From assembly GCA_964404825.1 (NCBI GenBank), contig CAYOLQ010000007.1, forward strand, positions 2,346-66,345: a stretch of DNA of 64,000 bases. Reading direction: 5' to 3'. The stretch comes from an uncultured Chitinophaga sp. (lineage in GTDB: Bacteria; Bacteroidota; Bacteroidia; Bacteroidales; GCA-2748055). The translations under genes and the position numbers were made by a program. Numbering within the stretch: position 1 is the stretch's first letter; each line of letters starts with the position of its first letter. Of the stretch, positions 8,867 to 18,602 are shown piece after piece. The notes beneath the pieces were generated by a model. The model was not told the origin of the DNA, ran no database searches, and saw only the letters and a program-made list of their open reading frames with translations.

Positions 8867-11164
8867 ATGAGCTCAGATGCCTTATTTTGGTTAGTGCCCA
8901 TCGCTTCGATTGCGGCACTTGTATTTGCCTGGTTCTTTTATCAGGATATGATGAAGAACTCTGAAGGAACAGACAGAATGAAAGAAATTGCCCTTTATGT
9001 AAGAGAAGGTGCAATGGCTTACCTGTCAAGTCAGTACAAAGTTGTTGGTAAAGTATTTATTATTTTAGTTCTTATCTTACTTGGACTTGCTTATTTAGGC
9101 GTTCAGAACCCTTTTGTTCCGATAGCTTTTCTTACCGGTGGATTTTTCTCCGGGCTGTGCGGTTACCTGGGTATGAAGACAGCAACAAACGCTTCTGCCA
9201 GAACGGCGCATGGAGCTTCAAAATCACTTAATAAAGGTCTTACTATTGCATTCAGGGCAGGTGCAGTTATGGGTTTGGTTGTTGTTGGATTTGCCGTGCT
9301 TGATATTGCTGCATGGTATCTTTTACTCACCGAAGTTGTTTACACTCCTGAACATATGCAAACCGGTATTCATATGTTTGGATTGAATTTTGTTCATGCC
9401 GGAATTTCTGAACATGAGAAAATGATTGAGATTACAGCTACCATGCTTACCTTTGGTATGGGTGCGTCAACTCAGGCACTTTTTGCACGCGTCGGTGGCG
9501 GTATTTTCACAAAAGCAGCTGACGTAGGCGCTGACCTGGTAGGAAAAGTTGAAGCAGGAATTCCTGAGGATGATCCCAGAAATCCAGCTACCATTGCTGA
9601 TAACGTGGGTGATAACGTTGGTGATGTAGCCGGAATGGGTGCTGACCTTTATGAATCATATGCCGGATCAATTCTGGCAACAGCTGCTCTGGGTGCTGCT
9701 TTACCGGTTATCTCCGACACTAGTCAAACCTCTGCTATTATTGCACCTATGATTGTTGCCGCAGTAGGTATAATATTATCCATTATCGGTATTTTTATGG
9801 TTCGTACAAAAGAATCTGCTTCACAGAAAAGTCTGTTGAACGCTCTTTTGCTGGGAACAGGCGGAAGCTCAGTTTTAATTCTGATTGTTCTTGCTGTTAT
9901 GGCATATTTCAGTATGATTACCTGGGGCGTTTTTGCTGCAGTTGTTTCAGGTTTGGTTGCCGGTGTTATTATCGGTCAGGGAACAGAATATTTTACTTCC
10001 GATGAATACAAACCAACACGTGGTATTGCCGGCCAGACTCTTTCAGGACCTGCAACTACCATTATTGATGGATTGGCTGTAGGGATGTTTTCAACCTGGA
10101 TTCCCGTTGTAACAATCGTTGCCGGTATTCTTGCTGCCTATGGTTTCGCAGGCGGTTTTCATGATTTTGCACAAGGTGTATACGGAATAGGATTCGCTGC
10201 TGTTGGTATGCTTTCAACACTAGGAATTACTCTGGCAACCGATGCATTCGGTCCGATTGCTGACAACGCAGGAGGAAATGCTGAAATGGCTCATCTTCCT
10301 AAAGAAGTAAGGGAAAGAACAGATGCACTCGATATGCTTGGCAATACAACTGCTGCAACAGGAAAAGGTTTTGCAATTGGTTCTGCAGCATTAACTGCTC
10401 TGGCACTTATGGCGGCTTATATCGAGGAGGTAAAACTCTGGATAAGCAAAATCGCCGATAAAACTGATGGTATTATGGAAGTTGGAAATGTTGTTTTCTA
10501 TAATGCAAAGGCAGCTATAATCCCTGTGGCACAGGAAGGACAAAGAGTTGTGATGGTTACTACTGCTAACATTAAAGACTTTACAGAAGCATATGATCTT
10601 ACCCTCTTTAATCCTATGCTGCTCGGCGGTATTTTCCTCGGAGCCATGATGGCCTTTCTTTTTTCTGCGATGGCAATGAAAGCTGTTGGCCGTGCCGCTG
10701 GATCTATGGTTGAAGAAGTAAGAAGACAGTTCAGAGAAATTCCCGGCATTATGGATGGCACTGGTAAACCTGAATACGCAAAATGTGTTGCAATCTCTAC
10801 CAAAGGAGCTCAGAGAGAAATGGTTATTCCTTCATTAATTGCTATTATCGCTCCTATTTCTGTAGGACTTATTTTGGGGGTAGCCGGAGTCGTTGGTCTT
10901 ATTGCAGGTGGACTTACTGCAGGATTCACTCTTGCTTCCATGCTGAATAATGCTGGTGGTGCCTGGGATAACGCTAAAAAATATATCGAAAAAGGAAATC
11001 ATGGCGGAAAGGGAAGCGATGCTCACAAAGCAGCGGTTGTTGGGGACACTGTCGGAGATCCCTTTAAAGATACTGCCGGACCGGCACTTAACATTCTGAT
11101 TAAACTTATGACAATGGTTGCGGTTGTAATGGCCGGACTTACCGTTTCATTCAGTATTTTCTAG
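8867..11164 (+). CDS. hppA: Membrane-bound ion-translocating inorganic pyrophosphatase (K+-stimulated type by motif)
   Basis: 765 aa and polytopic. Canonical motifs are [37 protein letters not shown] and [31 protein letters not shown] carries Ala rather than Lys in the GNTTAA motif, the signature usually linked to K+ dependence. Confidence 0.93.
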   Translation: MSSDALFWLVPIASIAALVFAWFFYQDMMKNSEGTDRMKEIALYVREGAMAYLSSQYKVVGKVFIILVLILLGLAYLGVQNPFVPIAFLTGGFFSGLCGYLGMKTATNASARTAHGASKSLNKGLTIAFRAGAVMGLVVVGFAVLDIAAWYLLLTEVVYTPEHMQTGIHMFGLNFVHAGISEHEKMIEITATMLTFGMGASTQALFARVGGGIFTKAADVGADLVGKVEAGIPEDDPRNPATIADNVGDNVGDVAGMGADLYESYAGSILATAALGAALPVISDTSQTSAIIAPMIVAAVGIILSIIGIFMVRTKESASQKSLLNALLLGTGGSSVLILIVLAVMAYFSMITWGVFAAVVSGLVAGVIIGQGTEYFTSDEYKPTRGIAGQTLSGPATTIIDGLAVGMFSTWIPVVTIVAGILAAYGFAGGFHDFAQGVYGIGFAAVGMLSTLGITLATDAFGPIADNAGGNAEMAHLPKEVRERTDALDMLGNTTAATGKGFAIGSAALTALALMAAYIEEVKLWISKIADKTDGIMEVGNVVFYNAKAAIIPVAQEGQRVVMVTTANIKDFTEAYDLTLFNPMLLGGIFLGAMMAFLFSAMAMKAVGRAAGSMVEEVRRQFREIPGIMDGTGKPEYAKCVAISTKGAQREMVIPSLIAIIAPISVGLILGVAGVVGLIAGGLTAGFTLASMLNNAGGAWDNAKKYIEKGNHGGKGSDAHKAAVVGDTVGDPFKDTAGPALNILIKLMTMVAVVMAGLTVSFSIF

Positions 11165-11181
11165 AATAACATTTTTTTAAT

Positions 11182-11234
11182 AAAAAACGCCACTGATTTC
11201 CGGTATAAATTTCCGGTTTTCAGTGGCGTTTTTT
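11182..11234. terminator. Bidirectional rho-independent terminator between convergent hppA and the DUF4139-like gene
   Basis: aaaaaacgccactga (11182-11196) pairs with tcagtggcgtttttt (11220-11234). The 10-bp GC-rich stem is flanked by an A-run on one side and a T-run on the other, so it reads as hairpin plus U-tract on both strands. Confidence 0.8.
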
Positions 11235-11369
11235 ATGTAGTGGGATCAAAGAGAATCCTAACTCCCTTTTTCTCCTGATTTATGGCAACAATAAAAGGCC
11301 ATTAATTGAATTAATGTCCAATAATAAGTATAAGTCCCATTCAAGGTAGATAAAGGCCTGATTCGAAAA

Positions 11370-12989
11370 CTATTCAAGAATCACTGTACTGCTTTTTGGA
11401 TATTTTGCAGAATAGCTTAAAATTAAGACCTTAGATTGTCCCGCGGGAATATCAAGATCCCATGTAACCAAACCTGTATTCTGATCTAATTTTCCACCAC
11501 TGAGTTCAATAGTTTCTACTACTATTTCCTTATTCTGTGAAACAGGAATCTGGTCTGTCAGGTGTATTTTTACGCTCTCTTTTTTATTATTTCTGACGGA
11601 GATTTCCCAGGAACGGGAAACAACTTTATTGGAACCGATAAATTTCTCGCTGGTAAAATCCTTGCGTTTCTCCCTCTTAACAACGATTCCCAAATCTCTG
11701 CCAAGTGATAAATTCAATGTATCAGAAACTGTTTTAAGATTTAGCATTGATTTACCAACAAATGTATTTTCGAAATAGAGGTTGGCCTCACCTTCCAGCA
11801 AGTCATATTGTTGCCATTCCCTTACCTGAGCAACCAGAAAGGCAGTGGGATCAAGTTTTGGAACCGCCTGATATTCAAATCCTGCAGGCAATTCAAGAAA
11901 CATCATATCTATACTTTTCGATTTACCACCGGTTTCAATGGTGTAGGGGATATCTACGCTGAATTCAACACTTGTTGTATTATCGGATGTTACAAAACCT
12001 ACCGGCATTTGTTTAGCTTTACCCAATAAAGATGACTCATCAGCTACAGCCATTTCATTCAAAGCCATAGCAGGCGCGGATTTTCTGTAACTATCATCAT
12101 AAGAGTTTAATCCTCTGATCTGGATAAAATCAAGAAACCAGGGATTAAGCCTCGGAACATTCCCGCTCTGATTTGGAGTAGCATTTGAAAAAGTAAGTTT
12201 TACGTTCTTCCAGGGTACACCGGTATTTTGGTATACATTGGCTTTGTAAATAAGTGAAACAGGCTCGGTTAGCTTGTCAATTCTGATATCATAGGATGGA
12301 TACCAGCCGGCTCCCTGAACCAGATAATTGATTTCAAGAATTCCAGCTGTGGCAACATCTGCTTTTAAAGTAACAATTATCTGACCCGAAGGTATGTTTT
12401 CGGATGTCTGAAGTGTTGAAAGCTGATTATTCATTTTGGAAAGTTCCTCTTCCAGTATTTTTATTTTCCTTTCGCGGGCAAGAATATCGGAACGGATTGC
12501 AGTAAGACTTGATTTATAAAATTCGAAAAGAATCTTGAAATTAGCGGCATCCAGACTCTCATTTTTACCACCTACATTTTTATTTGTAACAAGAAAAGAT
12601 TCTTCTTCTTTTAAAATACCTGTCTGAAGTCTTTCATCTTCAATCTTAATGGCAAGTTCCTCAATTTTCGTTCGTAAGACTTCTATTTGCTCTTTTTCTT
12701 TTAACTCGGAAATGTAATTCTTTTCAAGGCTTGCCGAAAGAACTATAAACTTTCCCTTGCCTTTTACCTGAATACTTTGTTCGTCGATATATGGGGAAAG
12801 TCCCCGGATTGCAAATGTGTTGATTCCCTGAATCAATGAGACCTCTGATACACCTGTTACCTGCGCTCCGCTGTTAAATATAGTAACGTGGGTTATGGTT
12901 GAGTTGAGTGTTTTTGCATTATCATCTGCTTTTAGTGTCAGGCCAGAAAATAATAATGATAACCCAAGAATGAAAGTGATTTTTTTCAT
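11370..12989 (-). CDS. Secreted DUF4140/DUF4139-type protein (mucoidy-inhibitor MuiA-like family), coiled-coil centre
   Basis: It has a signal peptide (MKKITFILGLSLLFSGLTLKA). The N-terminal ITHVTIFNSGAQVT...GLSPYIDEQSIQVKG, a central coiled coil and GWYPSYDIRID...VYQNTGVPWKNVKLTFS resemble that family as I recall it. The tracked start at 13013 is a TTG, so the ATG at 12989 is preferred. Confidence 0.6.
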   Translation of the reverse strand: MKKITFILGLSLLFSGLTLKADDNAKTLNSTITHVTIFNSGAQVTGVSEVSLIQGINTFAIRGLSPYIDEQSIQVKGKGKFIVLSASLEKNYISELKEKEQIEVLRTKIEELAIKIEDERLQTGILKEEESFLVTNKNVGGKNESLDAANFKILFEFYKSSLTAIRSDILARERKIKILEEELSKMNNQLSTLQTSENIPSGQIIVTLKADVATAGILEINYLVQGAGWYPSYDIRIDKLTEPVSLIYKANVYQNTGVPWKNVKLTFSNATPNQSGNVPRLNPWFLDFIQIRGLNSYDDSYRKSAPAMALNEMAVADESSLLGKAKQMPVGFVTSDNTTSVEFSVDIPYTIETGGKSKSIDMMFLELPAGFEYQAVPKLDPTAFLVAQVREWQQYDLLEGEANLYFENTFVGKSMLNLKTVSDTLNLSLGRDLGIVVKREKRKDFTSEKFIGSNKVVSRSWEISVRNNKKESVKIHLTDQIPVSQNKEIVVETIELSGGKLDQNTGLVTWDLDIPAGQSKVLILSYSAKYPKSSTVILE

Positions 12990-13049
12990 GATTTGTTTTT
13001 TTTGTCTGTACAAAGACTATACCGTAAATCGTGTAGTGCAAATAAACTA

Positions 13050-13057
13050 CAAAAATA
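13050..13057 (-). promoter_or_regulatory. Candidate -7 box (TATTTTTG on minus strand) for the DUF4139-like gene
   Basis: The plus strand reads caaaaata, an exact TAnnTTTG on the minus strand, 61 nt upstream of the ATG at 12989. Confidence 0.35.
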
Positions 13058-13136
13058 CTGCTTCCGGATGGGAATTCACAATCAAATAGATTATTAGCAA
13101 AATTCAGATGATCAGAATTTTCCGGATTTCAGGAAA

Positions 13137-13904
13137 CTATTGTTGTTTGTATGACTTGAGAGAGATGTCATTACCGTTGAAAACAGCATAAGTAAAATTA
13201 AAGAACCAATCCCCGAGACAAATTAGCCGGCTATTATCGTCTAAACGAAAATCCAGAGGCAGATGACGGTGCCCGTAAACAAAGAAATCGAAATGTTCTT
13301 TTTCCAATACCTGCTTTGAGTATAGGATCTGAAATTCTTTATCCTCTCCCTGAAATGGAAGAGAGGCATCTTTAGAAAGCCGGCTGTGCTTCGACCATGC
13401 ATGAGCAAACGCTATTGATGCATTGGGGTGTATTCTTGCAAAAAACCATTGCAGGACTCTGTTTGTGAAAATCCATTTGATAATATTATAAGCTTTCTCA
13501 TATGATCCCAGTCCATCTCCATGAGCAATGAAAAACTTTTTACCGTTAATTTCAATCTTTAAGGGGCTTCTGAAAACCTGTATCCCTGTTTCTGATGGAA
13601 GATAATCAAATACCCACACATCATGGTTCCCGGTGAAAAAGTATACCGGTATTCCGGAATCAGTAATCTCTGCGATTTTGCCAAGTAAACGCGTAAATCC
13701 CCGTGGCACTACCTTGCTGTATTCAAACCAGTAATCAAATATATCTCCAAGCAGGTATATCGAGTGTGCGTCTGTTTTTGCCTCATCCAGCCAACGGGTA
13801 AGCATTTTTTCCCTGATAAGACTTTTTTCAAGGGGTGGATGCCCCAGATGAGCATCAGAGAGAAAATAAATTTTTTTATTTGCGGGCAATTGTAATTGGT
13901 TCAT
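13137..13904 (-). CDS. lpxH: UDP-2,3-diacylglucosamine diphosphatase
   Basis: 255 aa with calcineurin-like metallophosphoesterase motifs in LpxH order: LSDAHLG, LGDIFDYWFEY, TGNHDVW, IAHGDG, YGHRHLP. Its ATG overlaps the stop of the upstream gene (ATGA at 13902-13906). Confidence 0.88.
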   Translation of the reverse strand: MNQLQLPANKKIYFLSDAHLGHPPLEKSLIREKMLTRWLDEAKTDAHSIYLLGDIFDYWFEYSKVVPRGFTRLLGKIAEITDSGIPVYFFTGNHDVWVFDYLPSETGIQVFRSPLKIEINGKKFFIAHGDGLGSYEKAYNIIKWIFTNRVLQWFFARIHPNASIAFAHAWSKHSRLSKDASLPFQGEDKEFQILYSKQVLEKEHFDFFVYGHRHLPLDFRLDDNSRLICLGDWFFNFTYAVFNGNDISLKSYKQQ

Positions 13905-15058
13905 CAGAGTTTATTATCGAGCCATTTTTCGAGTTCTGTTCCATATAGATTACGTGCCAAAATGTTCCCCTCTTTATCAAGGAGGTAAGTAGAAGGTATA
14001 GAACGCATATTGTAAGCGAATGCTGACTGAGAATCGGGGAAATCCGGTCCGATGGTATTGATAAAACTAAGTTCATCAAAACGAACTAATTTCATCCAGT
14101 TTTCAGGGTTTTTATCAACGCAAACAGCAAAAATTTCAAACCCTTTGCTTTTGTATTTTCTGTAAATTTTTTCAAAAAGCGGATTCTGTTGTTTGGATGC
14201 ATCAGAATATACTGACCAGAAATATAATAAAACAGTTTTCCCTCTCAGAGTTGAGAGACTTTTTATATTTCCTGCGGGATCGGGATAGGAGATATCGGGC
14301 AAGCCGCTTTGAGATTCAATAATTTTCTTCTGAATACCTATAAGATTATTGTATCTTTTTTCCGCGGTACGGGCATCATTAACAAAGGTCTTCACAAAAG
14401 ATGACGTGGGATACTTAACTGATAAGGTATCTGCAACGATTTTCATATACTGAATATCCCTGTTTTCACCAAGAACGAGCTCATCCGGACCAAGCTTTTG
14501 ATACAACGCGTACGCACTCGCGATTGAAGAAAGATGTTCAACAATAAATGAAATTGAAAAATCCCTCTGTTCCTTAATAATTTCCTTTCTCCGAATAAGG
14601 TATTCACTTGCCTGAACTTCAGTAAGAGCATTATTGCCCCTATATTTACTGTCAAGGTCCTTCAACCTGGTTCGTGTATCACTTAACTTTTCCACAAGTT
14701 GTCTGACAAATTCAGATTCCGGAGATCCCGTTACACTATAATTCTTATCGAATTCCTGAAAGTCACCGTCAATTTTAATTTTTTCACCGGGAGAAATAAA
14801 AAGGTTAATAATTTTCCCGCTTTCGTTTCTGAGAATATACAATCCGGGTTCCTCAACAAATAATTTGAAACGAAATTTGCCATCTTTTTTCACTCCTGCC
14901 GAATCTATCTGACTGGTTTTGTTAATGTCAAGATACTCGAGCTTTATGGAGTATTTTTCAGTGTTTCTGAATGATCCTTCAACGATTGCATTTGGCCTGT
15001 CTTTGCATGATACAGCAGCAAAAGCTACTAAGGCAAATATTAGAATTCTCTTTTTCAT
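13904..15058 (-). CDS. TlpA/ResA-like thioredoxin-fold lipoprotein with N-terminal DUF4369-like domain; CXXC motif absent
   Basis: It has a lipobox (FAAVSC). The C-terminal thioredoxin fold (KTVLLYFWSVYSDASKQQNP...KGFEIFAVCVD) has W-S-V-Y-S-D-A-S (14195-14218) where its paralog has W-C-Q-P-C. The tracked first codon (15061) is a TTG, so the ATG at 15058 is preferred. Confidence 0.75.
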   Translation of the reverse strand: MKKRILIFALVAFAAVSCKDRPNAIVEGSFRNTEKYSIKLEYLDINKTSQIDSAGVKKDGKFRFKLFVEEPGLYILRNESGKIINLFISPGEKIKIDGDFQEFDKNYSVTGSPESEFVRQLVEKLSDTRTRLKDLDSKYRGNNALTEVQASEYLIRRKEIIKEQRDFSISFIVEHLSSIASAYALYQKLGPDELVLGENRDIQYMKIVADTLSVKYPTSSFVKTFVNDARTAEKRYNNLIGIQKKIIESQSGLPDISYPDPAGNIKSLSTLRGKTVLLYFWSVYSDASKQQNPLFEKIYRKYKSKGFEIFAVCVDKNPENWMKLVRFDELSFINTIGPDFPDSQSAFAYNMRSIPSTYLLDKEGNILARNLYGTELEKWLDNKL

Positions 15059-15064
15059 CAAAAA

Positions 15065-16261
15065 TTATTCATTAAAAAGTTCCTGTAATTTTTCACCAAG
15101 TGCCGGACCCCGAAGATTGCTGGCAATAACCTTTCCGTCTTTATCCAGAAGGTAATTCATAGGGATTCCCTGGATATTAAATTGAGCAACAACCCCAGAT
15201 TCCCAATATTTGAGTTCGCTTACCTGGGTCCAGCCAAGATTATCCTGCTCTATTCCATTTACCCATTCTTCGCGGGTTCTGTCGAGGGAGACCTGATAAA
15301 TCTCAAAACCTTTTTTGTTGAATTGCTTATAGTTTTCAACCAGATTCGGATTTTCAAGTCTGCAAGGCTGACACCACGCTGCCCAGAAGTCAAGCAATAC
15401 AATCTTTCCTCTAAGGGATGACAATCTGATTATTTTTCCATCGGGGGAGGGAAGGGATATTTCCGGAACCTCAGTTCCCGGAGCAAAAGTACCCGGAGTG
15501 GTTTGCTGCTGTGCTGCCAGCTGTGCTTTAATTACAGTCACATACTCATGCAGACTTTGCACCAGCGGAAGATCAGGATATTTTGCGTTCAGAGAGGAAT
15601 CTAATTTTTCATATACCTCAAGATCCTTAACCGGATGAAATACCATCATTTGTGGTCCAACCTGTCCGTAGAGGGCAAGCAGACTGATAAGTGAGTTTGA
15701 ATTTTCATTAATAAAACTTAACGAATAAGTCCTGAGATCTTCCAACAAAGTCTGGAATTCTTCGTTATTCTTTACCCTGATATCTGCATAGTTTGGGCTT
15801 TCTGAGCTGTCTCTGGCCATGATATTAAATTTATCCATAGCTGAGATTAGTTTGTTGGTTTCAATGTTAAGCAGCCTGATCTTTTCAGATTCATCGGATC
15901 CTGATACTTTATAATCCTCCAGGTTGTTGTAGTCAGCTGTAATCTTTATTTTCTCTTTACCATAAATCAGGAGATTTATGAATGGGCCACCTTCAGTCCT
16001 TACTATAAAAAATTCGGGTAACTGGGTCGATTCCCGGAAAGAAAACACACCATTTTCGTCAAGGATTATGGTGTCAAGAGAGATAAACTTATCAATACCA
16101 ATTTTCTGAAAGTAAACTGCACGACCTGTACTGTTTTCAAGCTTTCCTTCAACGGTAAATTTATGAGCTTTTCCGGAAATCTTATTTTCATTTCCTTTTT
16201 TCCCGCAGGAAACTAAAAAAAAGCCTGCCAAAAACACAAATAGGAATATTGAACTTTTCAT
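15065..16261 (-). CDS. TlpA-family thiol:disulfide oxidoreductase lipoprotein (intact CXXC) with N-terminal DUF4369-like domain
   Basis: It has a lipobox (FFLVSC). Thioredoxin motif KIVLLDFWAAWCQPCRLENP has its CXXC at 15362-15373. It is paralogous along its whole length to the downstream gene. Confidence 0.8.
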   Translation of the reverse strand: MKSSIFLFVFLAGFFLVSCGKKGNENKISGKAHKFTVEGKLENSTGRAVYFQKIGIDKFISLDTIILDENGVFSFRESTQLPEFFIVRTEGGPFINLLIYGKEKIKITADYNNLEDYKVSGSDESEKIRLLNIETNKLISAMDKFNIMARDSSESPNYADIRVKNNEEFQTLLEDLRTYSLSFINENSNSLISLLALYGQVGPQMMVFHPVKDLEVYEKLDSSLNAKYPDLPLVQSLHEYVTVIKAQLAAQQQTTPGTFAPGTEVPEISLPSPDGKIIRLSSLRGKIVLLDFWAAWCQPCRLENPNLVENYKQFNKKGFEIYQVSLDRTREEWVNGIEQDNLGWTQVSELKYWESGVVAQFNIQGIPMNYLLDKDGKVIASNLRGPALGEKLQELFNE

Positions 16262-16295
16262 AAGTATTGTATAAGTTAGAGTTCTGAATTGAATG

Positions 16296-16303
16296 CAAAT
16301 TTA
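16296..16303 (-). promoter_or_regulatory. Candidate -7 box (TAAATTTG on minus strand) for the tlpA-like/lpxH gene string
   Basis: The plus strand reads caaattta, 35 nt upstream of the ATG at 16261. It sits within the small palindrome ttgaat...attcaa. Confidence 0.45.
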
Positions 16304-16632
16304 TTCAAAATATTATGAACTAACGTTGTTATATTTTGTATATTGTAAATCGCTTATGATGGATGAGCCTAAGATGCTATTATTCAAGGAATAATTTGTA
16401 TTTTTGTGGTTGAAATAAGTTGAGTTTTCAACAGGGAGTATTAAATTTTGGGTTTCATTCACCAGCCTGTCAAATGATATTATCGTTTGAGTAAATAATT
16501 GAATTGATGAAACCTATATGATTTTCAGACCCGGACACAAATACAATAAAATCAAATACATGCGGGTTCTCTCAATAGAGAAGGACAAGCAATCATTATT
16601 TTTTTATGAAGAAATTTAATCAGTATTAATTT

Positions 16633-18588
16633 ATGGGATATCTACAATTCGAAAAGAGTAAGTTGATTAATCTTGAATACTCGCTGGACAAGGAATTTGT
16701 AAGATCGAACCGTGCTGGTTCATATTCCTCAACTACTATTGTTGGATGTAATACCAGGAAATATCATGGTATGCTTGTTGTCCCGGATGCTGTTAGCGGG
16801 GATAAAAATGTGCTTTTATCTTCTCTGGATGTTACAATTGTGCAGCATGATCAGGAGTTTAATCTTGGCATTCATAAGTATCAGGGGGATCTGTATGTTC
16901 CGAGAGGGCACAAATATGTCCGCGATTTTGAAGCTGAAAGTGTCGGGGTAACAACCTACAGGGTGGGAGGTGTCGTTTTAAAGAAAGAATATTTGCTTGT
17001 TGAAAAAGAAGAACAGATACTTATTAAATATACCCTTGAAGAGGCAACCTCGCCCACTTTTTTAAAGTTCAAACCTTTCCTTGCTTTCCGGAGCATGCAC
17101 TCTTTAAGCAAAGCAAACTTATATGCCAATACCAAGTATCAGGTAGTTAAAAATGGCATCGTTTCTAAGTTATATGATGCCCTCCCTTCACTTTATATGC
17201 AGTTTAATAAGGAAGTGGAATTTATATCCTGTCCCGACTGGTACTACAATATCGAATACATGGAGGAACAAAAAAGAGGCTATGACTTTAAAGAAGATCT
17301 TTTTGTTCCCGGCTATTTCGAATGCTCCATTAAAAAAGGAGAAAGTATAATCTTCTCCGGAAATACAATACTTGCAGAAGAACCTGAGTCTCTTGTCAGG
17401 AAATATGAAAAAGAAAAGGCTAAAAGAAATCCCAGGGATAGTTTCAAAAGTTGCCTTATTAATTCTGCAGAACAATTTCTGGTAAAAAACGAGGGCAGAA
17501 CAGAAATTATTGCGGGATTTCCCTGGTTCGGAACATGGGGCAGAGATACTTTCATTTCCCTTCCGGGAATCACCCTTACAACCGGGAAACTGCAACAGGC
17601 TAAAGATATTATCGATACAATGGTAAAAAGGATGAAAGGCGGGCTTTTTCCCAACATGGGTAACAATGAGAATCCTGCTTTCAATTCAGTTGATGCTCCT
17701 TTATGGTTTTTCTGGTCACTCCAGGAGTACCAGAAATATGACTCCGTACTTGATATTTGGGAAACCTACAAAGCCCCAATTAATGATATTCTGAATTCCT
17801 ATCGGAACGGTACAATATTCAATATCCGTATGCTTGAAAACGGTTTGATATGGGCTGGTCAGGAAGGTAAATCACTGACCTGGATGGACGCAATAAACGA
17901 TCAGGGTCCTGTGACCCCACGTATGGGCATGGATGTGGAAATTAATGCGCTATGGTACAATGCGGTGTGTGCTTGTCTTGAATGGGCAAAAAAATCCAAA
18001 GACAGCAAGTTTATCAAAAACTGGAAAGATCTGCCCGAAAAAATCAGTCAGTCTTTTATTGAAACCTTCTGGGATGAGAAAAAAGGATATCTGGCTGATT
18101 ATGTAAATGGTGATTTTAAGGATTTCAGCGTAAGGCCGAATCAGGTTTTTGCTGCAGCTCTGCCTTATAGTCCGATTTCGAGAGACATGAAAAAAAGTGT
18201 AGTTGATATTATTACCCGTTACTTATTAACTCCTAAAGGTCTCCGGACCCTTTCACCAAAGGATGAAAAGTATAATCCCTGTTATGAAGGAAATCAGAAT
18301 ACAAGAAACTCCGCCTACCATCAGGGAACAGTATGGCCATGGCTATTGGAACATTATGTAAAAGCTTACCTGGATTTGCACAAAGCAGGAGGCTTGAACA
18401 CGGTTAAACAACTTTTCCATGGTTTTGAAGAGGATATGCTGGTGCATGGAATTGGATCCATTTCTGAAATATATGATGGAGATCCGCCTCACACACCCAG
18501 AGGTTCAATTTCTCAGGCCTGGAGTGTTGCGTCAGTATTACGGATAGGTGAAATAATTGAAAAATTTGAATCAGAAAAAACAATTTAA
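16633..18588 (+). CDS. Glycogen debranching enzyme (N-terminal GDE domain + amylo-alpha-1,6-glucosidase, GH133-like)
   Basis: 651 aa. The N-terminus MGYLQFEKSKLINLEYSLDKEFVRSNRAGSYSSTTIVGCNTRKYHGMLV is typical of bacterial GDE_N proteins. The C-terminal (alpha/alpha)6-type region includes GFPWFGTWGRDTFISLPG and AYHQGTVWPWLLEHY. Confidence 0.85.
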   Translation: MGYLQFEKSKLINLEYSLDKEFVRSNRAGSYSSTTIVGCNTRKYHGMLVVPDAVSGDKNVLLSSLDVTIVQHDQEFNLGIHKYQGDLYVPRGHKYVRDFEAESVGVTTYRVGGVVLKKEYLLVEKEEQILIKYTLEEATSPTFLKFKPFLAFRSMHSLSKANLYANTKYQVVKNGIVSKLYDALPSLYMQFNKEVEFISCPDWYYNIEYMEEQKRGYDFKEDLFVPGYFECSIKKGESIIFSGNTILAEEPESLVRKYEKEKAKRNPRDSFKSCLINSAEQFLVKNEGRTEIIAGFPWFGTWGRDTFISLPGITLTTGKLQQAKDIIDTMVKRMKGGLFPNMGNNENPAFNSVDAPLWFFWSLQEYQKYDSVLDIWETYKAPINDILNSYRNGTIFNIRMLENGLIWAGQEGKSLTWMDAINDQGPVTPRMGMDVEINALWYNAVCACLEWAKKSKDSKFIKNWKDLPEKISQSFIETFWDEKKGYLADYVNGDFKDFSVRPNQVFAAALPYSPISRDMKKSVVDIITRYLLTPKGLRTLSPKDEKYNPCYEGNQNTRNSAYHQGTVWPWLLEHYVKAYLDLHKAGGLNTVKQLFHGFEEDMLVHGIGSISEIYDGDPPHTPRGSISQAWSVASVLRIGEIIEKFESEKTI

Positions 18589-18602
18589 TCTATGTTAAGC
18601 CT

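Noticed and set aside
16561-16620. 19-codon upstream ORF (MRVLSIEKDKQSLFFYEEI) just before the debranching-enzyme gene, and a 12-codon ORF at 16357-16395
   Set aside because: They are too short, have no supporting signal, and sit in AT-rich spacer where such ORFs arise by chance. They are mentioned only as possibilities if ribosome profiling becomes available.
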